Of a DNA stretch of 64,000 nt, positions 43,169-53,752 are shown in pieces. The number at the start of each line of letters is the position of its first letter. Within the stretch, counting starts at the first letter, position 1. The notes under the pieces are model-generated. The model ran no database searches, was not told the origin of the DNA, and saw only the letters and a list, made by a program, of their open reading frames with translations. Position numbers and translations under genes: made by a program. Source of the stretch: a virus. The stretch lies in the IMG/VR virus record IMGVR_UViG_3300047551_002812, positions 1-64,000 of that record; one strand, 5' to 3'.

Positions 43169-46087
43169 ATGTCATTTTTCGACGATTTACAGGCGTTCAA
43201 GGAGCTTACGATACGCACCTCGGAGAGTGTAGGTGGGCCATTTGGTGACCCGTTCAACGAGATAGGCACTATAGTCTCCGTCTCCGATCCTAAAAGGCTG
43301 GGAAGAGTTAAAGCGCTTTATGCTGGAATGACGTCGGACTGGATGTACGTCCAAGGTAGCCATAAAGGCCATCTTAGTTCGCAGTATATTGGAGCTCCGT
43401 GTCTGATCTCGAAAGCCGGCGGGAATACGGGTGATGCCTTCGTGAGTCAGATCTTTAATAAGGATCCTAGGGGCAGTGGGGTGGGGACTCCGATTCAACT
43501 CACAGTGATCGGGGAGCAGATGGAGGCGAGTAACTCCTCGTCCGATCCGGGAATGAAGTGCAATGAGGATAATGCGGGAAGGATATACCTGCTGGAGAAC
43601 GAGATAAATCAGGACGTGGTGATATGTCTACGCCGTAGTAATACCCAGGAGGGCGGGGATCAGGTCTACGCCTGGAAATCACTGACCCATGGCAAGATGG
43701 TGGAGAAGGGTTTCGATCCCGGTGTCACCGACTCCCAGACTACAACGGACCTCTCGAAGAAGGTGGGACTGCCCAAGTGCTCTAAGGCGCTGGAGGGTGA
43801 GATAAGGGAGTTCGCCGAGGACCGGAAGTTCAGATCGACCATGCTAACCTGCCGTAGGGACGAGAATGGCGACTTTTCGTGGATGCCGGTATCCTCACCT
43901 CCGGTGGATTTCCGTACCACTCTTCCACCGTGCACCGAGAAGAATCACGGAATGCAGAAGGTTGTGGATACTGGACTGGACTCGGAGTCTGTTATGTGCC
44001 TTCGGTACCAGAAACAGATGAAGTGGGTGAGTTCCGGCTCGAGGAAACCCATACAGTTTCACAAGGAGGACCCGCCTCCTACCCGCGAGGAGTTCCTCTC
44101 GTCGAAGAAGCCGGTGGGCGCTCTGGCGCAGAATGCCTCGCCATCCTCCCAGGACTTTGTTGGTCAGGCCGGGGATAAAGTACTGGAGGCGGCTGGTAAG
44201 GCTGTAGCGCCAGTCTCACCGGACTCCAAGTTAAAACCGCCAACTCAGTCCGATGCGGGATTTGACGGGAAGCAGGTGCTCAGCGACCTCGGTAAGTTGG
44301 TCATAGCGAGTAACTCCGGCTTGTCCGTAGACGCGATCACGTCACAGATAGCATCGGCGATGAGCAAAGGTGGGGTTATAGATGAGGACCTGGAGAAGGT
44401 ACTCAAGGTTCTCGGTGGAGCAGGTGATGCCATCTTTCAAGGAATCAAGAGTAACTCCTTGGAGAGCGCGTTCAACACCATAGGAAGAAATTCCTTTAAC
44501 CAGGCGTTCAATGGTCTTCCGGCTCAAGTAGCCAGTGTGTACTCCGCATACATGTCCGGTGGCGCTTTGGGTGCCATAGATAGTGCTGCTATGATAGGAC
44601 TTTCCAAGCTCCCACCCGAGGTGTCAAGATTTGTGGCGCCGGTGTGGGACCTCGGGCAAGACGTGATTAGCAACCAACCAGTATCTATAAAAAAAGTTCT
44701 TGGAAGTGCCCTCGGGGCTTTGGAGTCATCGCTCCCAGACTCTATCAATCAGATCATCACTGTCGCTGGAGGAGCGGGCGGGATCTCCGAGATTCTTTCC
44801 GGAGAGATCTTTGATAAACTCTCCAAGGGTGATCTGGGGGAGATCGCTAAGATGGCCTCTAATTTTGCTAATCTTCCGGGTCTGCGGAACCTTGGCGGTC
44901 TTCAAGGAGTTCCCCAGTTAGCTACTTCCGCGCTCCAACTCGTGGGGCTGGGAGGTCAGTTCACCTCACTTCTAGGTCCCGCGGGCCTCGGGTTGAGTGG
45001 GTTCTCGGCTCTGACGGGTATAAACCCTGTCTCGGCTATACTCGGTGGGGTACCGGGACTTGGTGGACTATTCAACAGCGGAAGTGATTGCCCGTGTGAT
45101 CCGAAGTGCAGGAAGACTCAGCATGGCGAGGATTCCGATGGGAATAAGTTGCTCGATCCGTGTGGGAGCGTTATCGCATCAAATCATAGCTCCTACGCCC
45201 CAAATGGTGATCCAACAGATAATAATAATAACCCGGTCTCGGCGGTTCTGAATCTCATTCCTACAAAGATAGGGGAGGACCTATGCAACTCCGGAGGGAA
45301 TCAGTGGGACCTTACCCAGCTCATCAAGAACGTGAAACGCCTCTCGGAGATGGCCGACAGGCTCGAGGGAGCCAAACACGCTGACTGGCCAGAGTTGTGG
45401 TCTGAACTTACTTATACCTTCGAGGCGGTTGAGAAGGCTTTTAAGCAGACGGATAATAACATCACGAAGGTGGAGTCCATAGAGAGAAAACTAATAGATG
45501 CTCAGTATCGTCTGATAAATAACCTGATGGTGGGTAACTCCTCGTTCCTCTCTCAGACCTTTATGAGTATAGTAGAGACATCAAAAGCGATAAAGGATAC
45601 ATACGATTACGTTAAAGCGTTGGATAATGTGAAAAACGGAGGGAAGTTAGGTGTGACTCCGACAAATAGTATGGTGAATGTCTTCGATAATATTGTTAAG
45701 ATCGCCAGACTGAACGCATTGTCAAAGAAGGAAGCTAAGTTCATAACCGATAATTTTCTGAAATCAGCTCATGACGAGTGGAAGGAGCTAGAACCCGCCA
45801 AGGACCTTGTAAATATCACCGATTTTGTTCTAGGCGCGATCCCAAAATCCCTCCCAGCAACTTTTGGTAATTGTAAGACGAAACGGGATAAGGATAAAGT
45901 GCTTAAAGACTCGCTGGAGGCCAAGATAAACTCTCCGGTTCCGCCCGAACCAGATTCTCTACTCAATAGTCTATTGCCATCGAAATACTTTGATAAAGCA
46001 TTTGATAAACAGAAAGAGATCTCGTCAATCCTGGACCAGATAAACTATGAACAAGGCAGAAGCAAAGAAGGAAAAGCAGACTGTTAA
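43169..46087 (+). CDS. gp5/VgrG OB-fold spike protein with long C-terminal extension
   Basis: IGTIVSVSDPKRLGRVKA..SDW at the N-terminus. Confidence 0.75.
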   Translation: MSFFDDLQAFKELTIRTSESVGGPFGDPFNEIGTIVSVSDPKRLGRVKALYAGMTSDWMYVQGSHKGHLSSQYIGAPCLISKAGGNTGDAFVSQIFNKDPRGSGVGTPIQLTVIGEQMEASNSSSDPGMKCNEDNAGRIYLLENEINQDVVICLRRSNTQEGGDQVYAWKSLTHGKMVEKGFDPGVTDSQTTTDLSKKVGLPKCSKALEGEIREFAEDRKFRSTMLTCRRDENGDFSWMPVSSPPVDFRTTLPPCTEKNHGMQKVVDTGLDSESVMCLRYQKQMKWVSSGSRKPIQFHKEDPPPTREEFLSSKKPVGALAQNASPSSQDFVGQAGDKVLEAAGKAVAPVSPDSKLKPPTQSDAGFDGKQVLSDLGKLVIASNSGLSVDAITSQIASAMSKGGVIDEDLEKVLKVLGGAGDAIFQGIKSNSLESAFNTIGRNSFNQAFNGLPAQVASVYSAYMSGGALGAIDSAAMIGLSKLPPEVSRFVAPVWDLGQDVISNQPVSIKKVLGSALGALESSLPDSINQIITVAGGAGGISEILSGEIFDKLSKGDLGEIAKMASNFANLPGLRNLGGLQGVPQLATSALQLVGLGGQFTSLLGPAGLGLSGFSALTGINPVSAILGGVPGLGGLFNSGSDCPCDPKCRKTQHGEDSDGNKLLDPCGSVIASNHSSYAPNGDPTDNNNNPVSAVLNLIPTKIGEDLCNSGGNQWDLTQLIKNVKRLSEMADRLEGAKHADWPELWSELTYTFEAVEKAFKQTDNNITKVESIERKLIDAQYRLINNLMVGNSSFLSQTFMSIVETSKAIKDTYDYVKALDNVKNGGKLGVTPTNSMVNVFDNIVKIARLNALSKKEAKFITDNFLKSAHDEWKELEPAKDLVNITDFVLGAIPKSLPATFGNCKTKRDKDKVLKDSLEAKINSPVPPEPDSLLNSLLPSKYFDKAFDKQKEISSILDQINYEQGRSKEGKADC

Positions 46088-47663
46088 GGAGATGGAGGAG
46101 AGTATCTCGTCTCTCTCCCCGTCTGACAAACAGGAACTACTAAGACTGAAGTGTCGAACAGACTTTCTGACGTACGCCAGGTTCATCACGTCAGAAGTCC
46201 CTGTCGCGGGCAAATTTAAACCATTTCGTGTCCACGAGGTAATCGGAGGATTTCTTCAAATGATCGGCGATGGGGAGAAGGATTATAAGCAGAGCGCCAT
46301 ATCCCTTCCGCCTCGAACGGGAAAATCCCTACTTATCTCTAAGGTGTTCCCGTCGTGGCAGATGGGAAGAAGTCCAACGGCTCAGTTCATCATGAGTAGT
46401 TATGCGCTTCAACTCACCAATGAGAACTCCAGGGCGGTCATCGAGTACATTTCCCACGAGAGTTTCAAGTGGTTATTTCCCGAGTGCGAGATAGATAGAG
46501 ATAAATGCAATCTGAGCGTGATCCGGAACAATAACGGTGGGTTGATTAAGATTGCCTCAGCGGGCGGTAATGTTACCGGTTTTGGTTTTGGAGTAATCAG
46601 CGACGAGGAGTTGCCAGGAGTCGGGATACTGGATGACCTTCTCGCGGATGGTAACTCTCCGACCGTCATGGAGAGCACTTTTGCCTGGACTCAAACACAA
46701 TTTTTGACAAGAGGTCTACCTAACAACTCCATTATCTCCATGGGAACGAGGTTTCACGTGGATGATGTAATCGGCAGGCTTCTTAAGGCTGACCCGGAGG
46801 GCTGGAAGGAACTGAATGTTCCTGCATTGTGCATCGACGAGGACTCCGATGTTCTTCAGAGGAAACTGGGAGAGTCCCACTGGCCGGAGTTCTTTCCCGT
46901 TGAGAACCTCGAAGCGATCAAGAAATCCATCGGGGACAAGGACTTTAACTCACTCTACCAGGGAAAACCCGCCGGTGAGCAGGGTGCTATCTTCAAGGAG
47001 CACTGGTTTGACTACCATGACAAGAATAGATCGAAGTACTCCTACATCTACGCCACTATAGACACCGCCTACAAAGCCGACAGGATAAACGACTACACCG
47101 CCATCTGCGTGTGGGGGTACGACAAGAGTAACTCCAAACTCCATCTAATCCACTACATCCTGGAGAGAATGGAGTTCCCCGATCTTGAGAAGATCTTTCC
47201 TCAGCTCGTTAAAACCTGGAAGATACGATGTATATACATCGAGGGTCGGGCTCAAGGGGTTCCGTTGATACAGACACTGAGAAGGACTATAAACATCTCG
47301 ATTAAGGAACTAGTACCGAACAAGGACAAAGTGCTTAGGGCGAACGCTGTTGCTCCTCTGGCGGAAAGCGGTCTGGTGTCACTGTATGATAATCTGCCAA
47401 ACCTCGCGGAGAGACTCTCCGAACTCACCTCGTTTCCGTTCATCAAGAATGATGACTTTGTCGATGCGTTCGTGTACGGTATAACGGTATACAGGGACGA
47501 GATCATGGGTGGAGGAGCAGTACACGGTGGGGATAGAAGCAAACTCCCGCGTCTTGTCCACGATCCCTTCTACAAAGGGGGTTCTAGGAGATTGTCAAGT
47601 GATCTTGGGAGGGTCGGTGTAGGCGTCTCAGGGCAGAAATCCTCGGCGACTCGGTACCTTTAA
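46047..47663 (+). CDS. terL: Terminase large subunit
   Basis: LPPRTGKS, GILDD, MGTRFHVDD, LYQGKP, IDTA..DYTA, FP..KNDDFVDA. Confidence 0.95.
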   Translation: MNKAEAKKEKQTVKEMEESISSLSPSDKQELLRLKCRTDFLTYARFITSEVPVAGKFKPFRVHEVIGGFLQMIGDGEKDYKQSAISLPPRTGKSLLISKVFPSWQMGRSPTAQFIMSSYALQLTNENSRAVIEYISHESFKWLFPECEIDRDKCNLSVIRNNNGGLIKIASAGGNVTGFGFGVISDEELPGVGILDDLLADGNSPTVMESTFAWTQTQFLTRGLPNNSIISMGTRFHVDDVIGRLLKADPEGWKELNVPALCIDEDSDVLQRKLGESHWPEFFPVENLEAIKKSIGDKDFNSLYQGKPAGEQGAIFKEHWFDYHDKNRSKYSYIYATIDTAYKADRINDYTAICVWGYDKSNSKLHLIHYILERMEFPDLEKIFPQLVKTWKIRCIYIEGRAQGVPLIQTLRRTINISIKELVPNKDKVLRANAVAPLAESGLVSLYDNLPNLAERLSELTSFPFIKNDDFVDAFVYGITVYRDEIMGGGAVHGGDRSKLPRLVHDPFYKGGSRRLSSDLGRVGVGVSGQKSSATRYL

Positions 47664-47704
47664 TGGTATAATACACGTGTATTACTTGCAAGTATACAAA
47701 AACT

Positions 47705-48019
47705 ATGACAGATCAACAGTTTAAATACAGAGTAGTCTTCTTTCACCAGCCGGGTTGCGTGGCCTGTAACACGATGAAACCCATCTGGGTCGAGACGGCT
47801 AATGAGATCGCCGAGGAGTACCCTCATTACTCGGTGGGATTTGGCGAGTGGGATGTTACAACAGACGACTGGGCGTTCTGCGACCAAATCGAGTGCGACG
47901 GAACACCTAATTTCGCCGTGTTTAACGAGGACTCTGAATTGTTCGGACTGAATACCGACGGAATGCTGGCAAAGTCCCAACTCAAGGAGTTTATCATCAA
48001 TGCTATCGAAAAAGTATGA
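47705..48019 (+). CDS. Thioredoxin-fold protein
   Basis: FHQPGCVACNTMKP..GTPNF. Confidence 0.85.
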   Translation: MTDQQFKYRVVFFHQPGCVACNTMKPIWVETANEIAEEYPHYSVGFGEWDVTTDDWAFCDQIECDGTPNFAVFNEDSELFGLNTDGMLAKSQLKEFIINAIEKV

Positions 48020-48801
48020 CAATTGAATCTGATAAGCAGGAGGGTTGCAGGTCTAGAAGGAGACTCTCCGAGAGGGACGAGCAAATTGTATCACAGATGT
48101 GGAAGGCCTCACAGGTAGCGAGGAAGATCTCCTCGTTCACAGGATTGCCCTACGAGGAACTGAGGGACGCAGCTCTTGAGTACATAGTTAAGATCTACGA
48201 TTCTTGGGATCAGACGAAAGGCGCGAATTTTTCCACCTGGGTTAACAGATGCCTTCAATTTCACATGCTGAACTACCTGCGCGATAATTCTCGGTTGGTT
48301 AAGATCCCACGTTCCTACTCGGATCTTTACCTCAAGATCCGAAAATACACTACGACTGATCCTAACATCACCGACGAACAGATCGCCGAAAAGATCCAGG
48401 TACCAGTTAAGAAGGTTAGGGCGGTTCGTCAAGCTTTTGCCATGAGTTTCTCCCCGGTAACAGAGTACTCTAACATCACCGAATCGGAGTACGAATCCGA
48501 CATGACTATGGGCGATTTTATGGCCAGTCATAAGGAACTTCTACACAAGATCACTGATCTTGACCCGAACGACGAGACGTTCCTCATGGACTACCTGGTG
48601 AAGAAAAGATCAGTTTCTACGCTGGTGCGTAAGAACCCTCATCTGAAAAATGCCGATGATATCAGAAGATACTCGGAGCAACTTATAGAATTCATCCTAT
48701 GCGACGCATCGTATCCATCCAAGGCACAGAATACACGAAAGGAAACTTCGAAAAGAAGTGGACAGAGGTCGTCAACGGAACAGAGTGTAACTACTTTGTA
48801 A
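48016..48801 (+). CDS. Phage RNA polymerase sigma factor (SigF/SigB-like)
   Basis: Region 2 YEEL..WDQTKGANFSTW..LNYLRD..VKIPR; region 3 TDEQIAEKIQVP; region 4 looks degenerate. Confidence 0.88.
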   Translation: MTIESDKQEGCRSRRRLSERDEQIVSQMWKASQVARKISSFTGLPYEELRDAALEYIVKIYDSWDQTKGANFSTWVNRCLQFHMLNYLRDNSRLVKIPRSYSDLYLKIRKYTTTDPNITDEQIAEKIQVPVKKVRAVRQAFAMSFSPVTEYSNITESEYESDMTMGDFMASHKELLHKITDLDPNDETFLMDYLVKKRSVSTLVRKNPHLKNADDIRRYSEQLIEFILCDASYPSKAQNTRKETSKRSGQRSSTEQSVTTL

Positions 48802-49397
48802 AAGGCCGTGATGAGGAGTTTCTTAGCGAGGTGGTAGATCTGATCCCCAGGTGGAAGGTTGTGAAGGACCGAGGGGACGTAAAGTACAAGATTAGAAGTA
48901 AAAAGTTTCAGGGTAGGGCAGTAAAAGGAATCGTCATGATAACTCCCAATTCTAAGAGGGAGGTCTGGATGGGGAAAGGCAAAGTCACTGACGAGCTCTT
49001 CCCGAGGGAGAAACCGGTTCCGGAGTACAAGCAGAATAAAAAGGATGCTCTGATTGCCATGAGGCAAATCGTGGAGCCTCAGATCAAGACATTCAGGATG
49101 AGTGTTAATCGTCAGCTCAAAAGGAAACCATTAAGGTGTCCCATGAGTGGGGATTTTATCAACTCCGGAGAGTTCCATATAGACCACTCGTACCCATTTA
49201 AAAATCTCGTCGAGGAGTGGTGTAGGGATGAGAAGGTGGACTTGGAAAGGGTGGATGTTTACTGCCACGGGACAAAGTGCTACTTCAGAGACACCACTCT
49301 AGCTGAGAGTTGGTTTGACTACCACGCTATCAACGCGCGTCTTCAGGCATTGAGCGCAAAAGCCAACCTTGAGAAGGGTTCTAAGTACTACGGGTGA
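48699..49397 (+). CDS. DCL/DUF3223-like protein with HNH-like C-terminus
   Basis: CPMSG..FHIDHSYPFKNLV..WFDYH..LQALSAKANL. Confidence 0.6.
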   Translation: MRRIVSIQGTEYTKGNFEKKWTEVVNGTECNYFVKGRDEEFLSEVVDLIPRWKVVKDRGDVKYKIRSKKFQGRAVKGIVMITPNSKREVWMGKGKVTDELFPREKPVPEYKQNKKDALIAMRQIVEPQIKTFRMSVNRQLKRKPLRCPMSGDFINSGEFHIDHSYPFKNLVEEWCRDEKVDLERVDVYCHGTKCYFRDTTLAESWFDYHAINARLQALSAKANLEKGSKYYG

Positions 49398-50075
49398 TCA
49401 CTTCTTTTTCTTTTTCTTCTTGGGTTTGGTAGTAGATTTCGTAGTATTGTTACCAATGGTGGGTTTGAATCCCTGTCCTGGGAACTTTAACAGAGCGAGA
49501 TCGGAACTAAGATCGAGGTTCTCAAAACTCAACTCAAATATCTCCTGGGCAGCGTTTGCTAACATCTCCTCGATACCCTGAGTTGTCTTCTCACTGGACA
49601 ACCAGGGTTTTCTACTATTTACCGGAGCAGCGTAGCCCATTTTATTCGCCACCTCGTAGATACCTTGGGACTTTCTACCAACGTAATGTCCAGCGTACAG
49701 TCTCCCAGTGATAATATTGATACCCTCTTCCGCGTACCTTCTCTTTAGAAACTGAATTACCGCTCCATCCGGATTCTGATGGTCCAGGTAACTCTCTAGT
49801 TCTTGCACAGCAGACTGCGCTCTTGCTATAAGCGCTTCTCCGGGCTTGCCCTTGAAACTTATCTCCACCTGGGCACTCTCCAGTGCTTCTATGTACCTAG
49901 TGAGATTATGCCTGGCTTCTTTGGAGTACTGAGCAGCTACTTTTGCGAGTATGTCTTTTCTCAACGACTCCTTCTGTGCTTTGATTATCTCCGCTTTCGC
50001 GACTTCTAAGATCTGTTTCTTAGCCGAGTTGAGTACCGCGGCCATTATTCCAGAGGCGATAACTTGTGGTATCAT
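49398..50075 (-). CDS. Hypothetical protein (possible neck/tail completion) with poly-Lys tail
   Basis: TGRL..N..GYA..V..KPW pattern; ends KKKKKK. Confidence 0.55.
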   Translation of the reverse strand: MIPQVIASGIMAAVLNSAKKQILEVAKAEIIKAQKESLRKDILAKVAAQYSKEARHNLTRYIEALESAQVEISFKGKPGEALIARAQSAVQELESYLDHQNPDGAVIQFLKRRYAEEGINIITGRLYAGHYVGRKSQGIYEVANKMGYAAPVNSRKPWLSSEKTTQGIEEMLANAAQEIFELSFENLDLSSDLALLKFPGQGFKPTIGNNTTKSTTKPKKKKKKK

Positions 50076-53000
50076 CTATCGCACTTCATTGTTTTTACGA
50101 TCTGCTCGGCGTACTGCTGTCTTCTCCTGCCTCCTCCACTTGCCACCTCGTACTTACTCATCCAGAGGTCAGCGGCGGCTGATGCCGAACCCGAGGAATT
50201 CATACTTTCCACCAACCCACCACCGCGGGTCTTGATCTCCTGCACCATAAACTCGAGTTGGCACTGCAGGGTGCTGTTCTGCCCACACTTGCTTAGAACC
50301 TGGGACTTTCTCGATCCTCCCCACTGCACTATACCATAGCACTTCTCCTTCTGCCCGGAGACACTGCGGCAGGTAAGTCCCTGCCGCGAGGTGTTATGAA
50401 CATTCGGATCGAATCCACTCTCCTCCTGCAGATTACCCAACGCGCCGGCAAAAGCATTCGGAGTCTTTAACCCAGCGGCGTAGAGCGCGCTTATTATAGT
50501 GTCCTTGGTTGCGTCTCCGGTCTTGCAGTTTGCCGCCGGGAAAGAACTTGTACTCCCGCCGTTACCTCCGGTCTCCTGTCCTCCTCCGCTTCCGCTTCCG
50601 TACTTCCTGTAGAATTCTTGGGATTCTCTGCATAGTTCTTTGCACGAGCTCGTGTACTCGCCGGTATCGGACTTCTTGACCGGGAAGCAGAGATCCCCAA
50701 CGGAGCGTATGTACCCGTAGTAGTCGCGTGTGACATTGAACTCTCCGGTACTTTGCTGACCCTGCAGGTACTCGGAGAATGTTGGGGCGGAGATAACACT
50801 GTTCCCCCACGCATTATTAGCTTCTATATCCACCCTTAAATCTCCCTGCCTCCACATAAACTGCACCTCTCCCACAAACCAGTTCCTGAATCTTGAGGGA
50901 ATCCAAACTCCAGGATCGGTGGATGGGTCCTGGCCACGTGGCCCTCCGTTCTCCACCCAGTTGTCGTATTCAGTGATGAAGGACAGAATGGTCCTACCAG
51001 GAGTGATACGTAGGGCCCGAGGCACTCCCTTGAATGATGTCTCTATCGTCAGTGCTTTATTTGCTGGAGCACCGGCAATGGACGGACTGGTGTTACCTCC
51101 GGAGTCGGAACTTGTTAACCCCGGGAGGTTAGGAGGGATGGATTCTGGGGCGAGATGGGCCATTATCACGTCTCCCTCGGGGGTTCCTATCGTGACGTAA
51201 TTTCCGAACCCACCACCGCACTGATCCGATAGGCTATTCTCCCTAACACACTTTGTCTCGTTTACTTGTTTTACGCTTGCTCCGTTCGTTATGTAGATAT
51301 TTGACCTGTTACCGGGAAAGAAATCTATGCCCTGGTGGTTTCTACCCGCGCCATACCCTTGGTTCCGCTCAGCGTCCCCGAGAGGTTTATTTCCGGCGAT
51401 CACGTACTTCCTCGCGATCTCCGTGAGTTTTGCCTCGGATCCTTGACCGGATCCTCCCGCAAACTGGAAGTGGACGTGGGGTGCGCTAGATCTTCCGGTC
51501 GATCCCACCTTCCCCACAAACACGGAGCCCTGCTGGCCGGACTGACCGGTTGTGGGTGCTGAGGTGGTGGGGGTTTTGCCCATCTCGGAGGCGATGGATC
51601 TCATGAGAGGGTCCATCAGTTGTTTGTACAGCGCCTCCTTCTGAGCAGTGGTCCCAGAACGCACTATGTTTCTGACTGGTGGGTCCATCCTCCCCACCTC
51701 CAGTATCGTACCTCCTCTTTTTGGCACTCCAAGGCCGTCCCGGTGGTTGACACTGAACGCTCCGTAGGAAGAGGAGAGGGCTTCATCAAGAGGCCATATC
51801 CTCTTCCCTCCGGTGGGTGGGATCACACCACTTTTCCCATCAGTCTGGTCATTGTGGATCTCTATTACCTGCTTACCTGCGGCGATAGCCTGTGTTGTCT
51901 TGCTAAACTGCGATCGAGGATCGGTGTCGGTCAGGTTCGATGACGGGGGGAGGTAAGTCTCGATAAGATCGGAGATACCGTACGCCTGGGCATTCCTTCC
52001 CGCCCACTTCACCAATTCTATGTTCAGTTTGTACTCGTCGGCTGCTCCGGAGGATGTTAGGTCAGCGTGACCGGCCATCAGCAGAATCTTAGATGGTTTG
52101 GCCGTGGTTGTCGCCTTCCAGTCCTTCAGCGATTGCTTAGGAGCGGGCTGAACGATCGCATTGGACGGACCGGTGGGAGCGTTCTTATTCTGAAAATCGG
52201 AGGTTGTCTCGGCGGGTGCGGCCCAGTTCCAGATCAACTGGGGGTCAATGGTTACCGTCTCGTTGCTATGACCATTTATGTAGAATCGTACTAGCTCCTT
52301 CTTGGCAGAGGTGGATGATCCGATCTCCTGCGAGATCTTTACCTCCTCGCGATTTTTGACCTTGACGCTGGAGAGGTTGGTCGACTCCTGGTAGATGTAG
52401 CGACCGAAGCATTTCTGCGAGTCGTCCTCCTTGCAGACCTGGAACCAGAACTCGGTTTTTATAACAACTTTCCCCTCACTCTCCGAAGCGCTCTCCACGA
52501 TGCCCGGAAGATAGGAGATGGACGTGAGGCCATTGGGGGCGAGTCCGTACATGCCCGCCTTGGTGTACCGCTTGTTCTCCACCAGGGGACCCTGGCCGCT
52601 CCAACCGTACCCGTCCGCCTGGGGACCTTGGCATCGCTTCTCGCAGGGTTTGAACAGGTCCGGGAACGTGACTTTCTTGACATCCTGCAGCGCTTTGATC
52701 CTCTTCTGCTTTATAACCTCCTTTAGTGAGTACTTGCTCGCGGCAAAACTCGCGGAGAGATACGGATCACCATTGTTGATAGTAGCGCCGCTCTGCATAT
52801 TCTGACCGGCGAAAGTGACTGGCGGCTCGCCATCTATCTGAAAAGTCTCGTAGAGGCCCTTGCCGAGATAGAAGACCATGCAACTCTGAGTTATCTCGCC
52901 TCGGGTGCATATACTTACTCTGTTTCCGTACTCCTTCACCGGCAGAGAGAGCATGGAACCACCAGTAGCCGCGACAAGTTTCTTCATCGCCTCGTCCGGA

Positions 53001-53740
53001 GTGACTCCTTTGTAGATGATGGAGCGGGGAAGAATGTATGTTGACGCTGTGTCTTGGTTAGGAGGTACGCAGAAATCCGCCCTGTACCCGTTCTCCTCGG
53101 AGATCTTCTTCAAGGCCTCCTCGACGGATATTCCCTCGTCGAACTTAACGTTTATCAGGTTCTGATTGAACACCACCGCCTTTGGATCAGTGCCGCTCAG
53201 CGTTACTGACGGGAAGTTAGACCCGTGGTTTACACTGATGCGATTGACCCGGAAGTAGTAATCGGAGCCGAACGCGGTTCCGTTAACCTCGTACCAGAAC
53301 GAGATGATTATGTGGGCAAAAGTATCCTGAAGTGGTCGGGAGGAACCGTCGGAGTTGATAAGAGCGCTGTCGTCTATGGATGCGTAGCGAAAGCACTTAT
53401 CCTTTACGGGGTCCTGGTTTTCCCCGCACGGCGGAAGAATTATGTTGTTGGTCTGCGCGGTGTTAGACGCGGACCACATCGAGGCAGCGTCAAAAAGTGC
53501 TGGCCAGGCGGCCCCGGTTAGGTACGGATCGGAGATAACTACCTGGCAGGTAGATTGGTTTATCCCCGACGCGTACGATTCAGCTGCACTGCTGCCTTGA
53601 GAAGCCATCGTGGGAAAAGTATTATTCCACTTTAGCTTTACGCTTGCCTCCTGGATGTGTTTTTCCTCAAAGACAATAAGCCTCTCAGATTTGAAAGGCT
53701 TATAAGCTACTCTGGTTCGGCAACGATACAGACTAGACAC
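50072..53740 (-). CDS. Baseplate hub protein with amidase, M23 peptidase and tail lysozyme domains
   Basis: Amidase_3 LMAGHAD..E..EIHND..LEVG; M23 PHVHF/HQGID/MAHL; lysozyme GALGNLQEESGFDP..YGIVQW. Confidence 0.85.
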   Translation of the reverse strand: MSSLYRCRTRVAYKPFKSERLIVFEEKHIQEASVKLKWNNTFPTMASQGSSAAESYASGINQSTCQVVISDPYLTGAAWPALFDAASMWSASNTAQTNNIILPPCGENQDPVKDKCFRYASIDDSALINSDGSSRPLQDTFAHIIISFWYEVNGTAFGSDYYFRVNRISVNHGSNFPSVTLSGTDPKAVVFNQNLINVKFDEGISVEEALKKISEENGYRADFCVPPNQDTASTYILPRSIIYKGVTPDEAMKKLVAATGGSMLSLPVKEYGNRVSICTRGEITQSCMVFYLGKGLYETFQIDGEPPVTFAGQNMQSGATINNGDPYLSASFAASKYSLKEVIKQKRIKALQDVKKVTFPDLFKPCEKRCQGPQADGYGWSGQGPLVENKRYTKAGMYGLAPNGLTSISYLPGIVESASESEGKVVIKTEFWFQVCKEDDSQKCFGRYIYQESTNLSSVKVKNREEVKISQEIGSSTSAKKELVRFYINGHSNETVTIDPQLIWNWAAPAETTSDFQNKNAPTGPSNAIVQPAPKQSLKDWKATTTAKPSKILLMAGHADLTSSGAADEYKLNIELVKWAGRNAQAYGISDLIETYLPPSSNLTDTDPRSQFSKTTQAIAAGKQVIEIHNDQTDGKSGVIPPTGGKRIWPLDEALSSSYGAFSVNHRDGLGVPKRGGTILEVGRMDPPVRNIVRSGTTAQKEALYKQLMDPLMRSIASEMGKTPTTSAPTTGQSGQQGSVFVGKVGSTGRSSAPHVHFQFAGGSGQGSEAKLTEIARKYVIAGNKPLGDAERNQGYGAGRNHQGIDFFPGNRSNIYITNGASVKQVNETKCVRENSLSDQCGGGFGNYVTIGTPEGDVIMAHLAPESIPPNLPGLTSSDSGGNTSPSIAGAPANKALTIETSFKGVPRALRITPGRTILSFITEYDNWVENGGPRGQDPSTDPGVWIPSRFRNWFVGEVQFMWRQGDLRVDIEANNAWGNSVISAPTFSEYLQGQQSTGEFNVTRDYYGYIRSVGDLCFPVKKSDTGEYTSSCKELCRESQEFYRKYGSGSGGGQETGGNGGSTSSFPAANCKTGDATKDTIISALYAAGLKTPNAFAGALGNLQEESGFDPNVHNTSRQGLTCRSVSGQKEKCYGIVQWGGSRKSQVLSKCGQNSTLQCQLEFMVQEIKTRGGGLVESMNSSGSASAAADLWMSKYEVASGGGRRRQQYAEQIVKTMKCDR

Positions 53741-53752
53741 ATCGGGTTCTTA

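Noticed and set aside
12389-46087. Bacterial contractile injection system (eCIS/T6SS) rather than phage
   Set aside because: TerL, replication and nucleotide-metabolism genes and an endolysin are interleaved with the tail genes.
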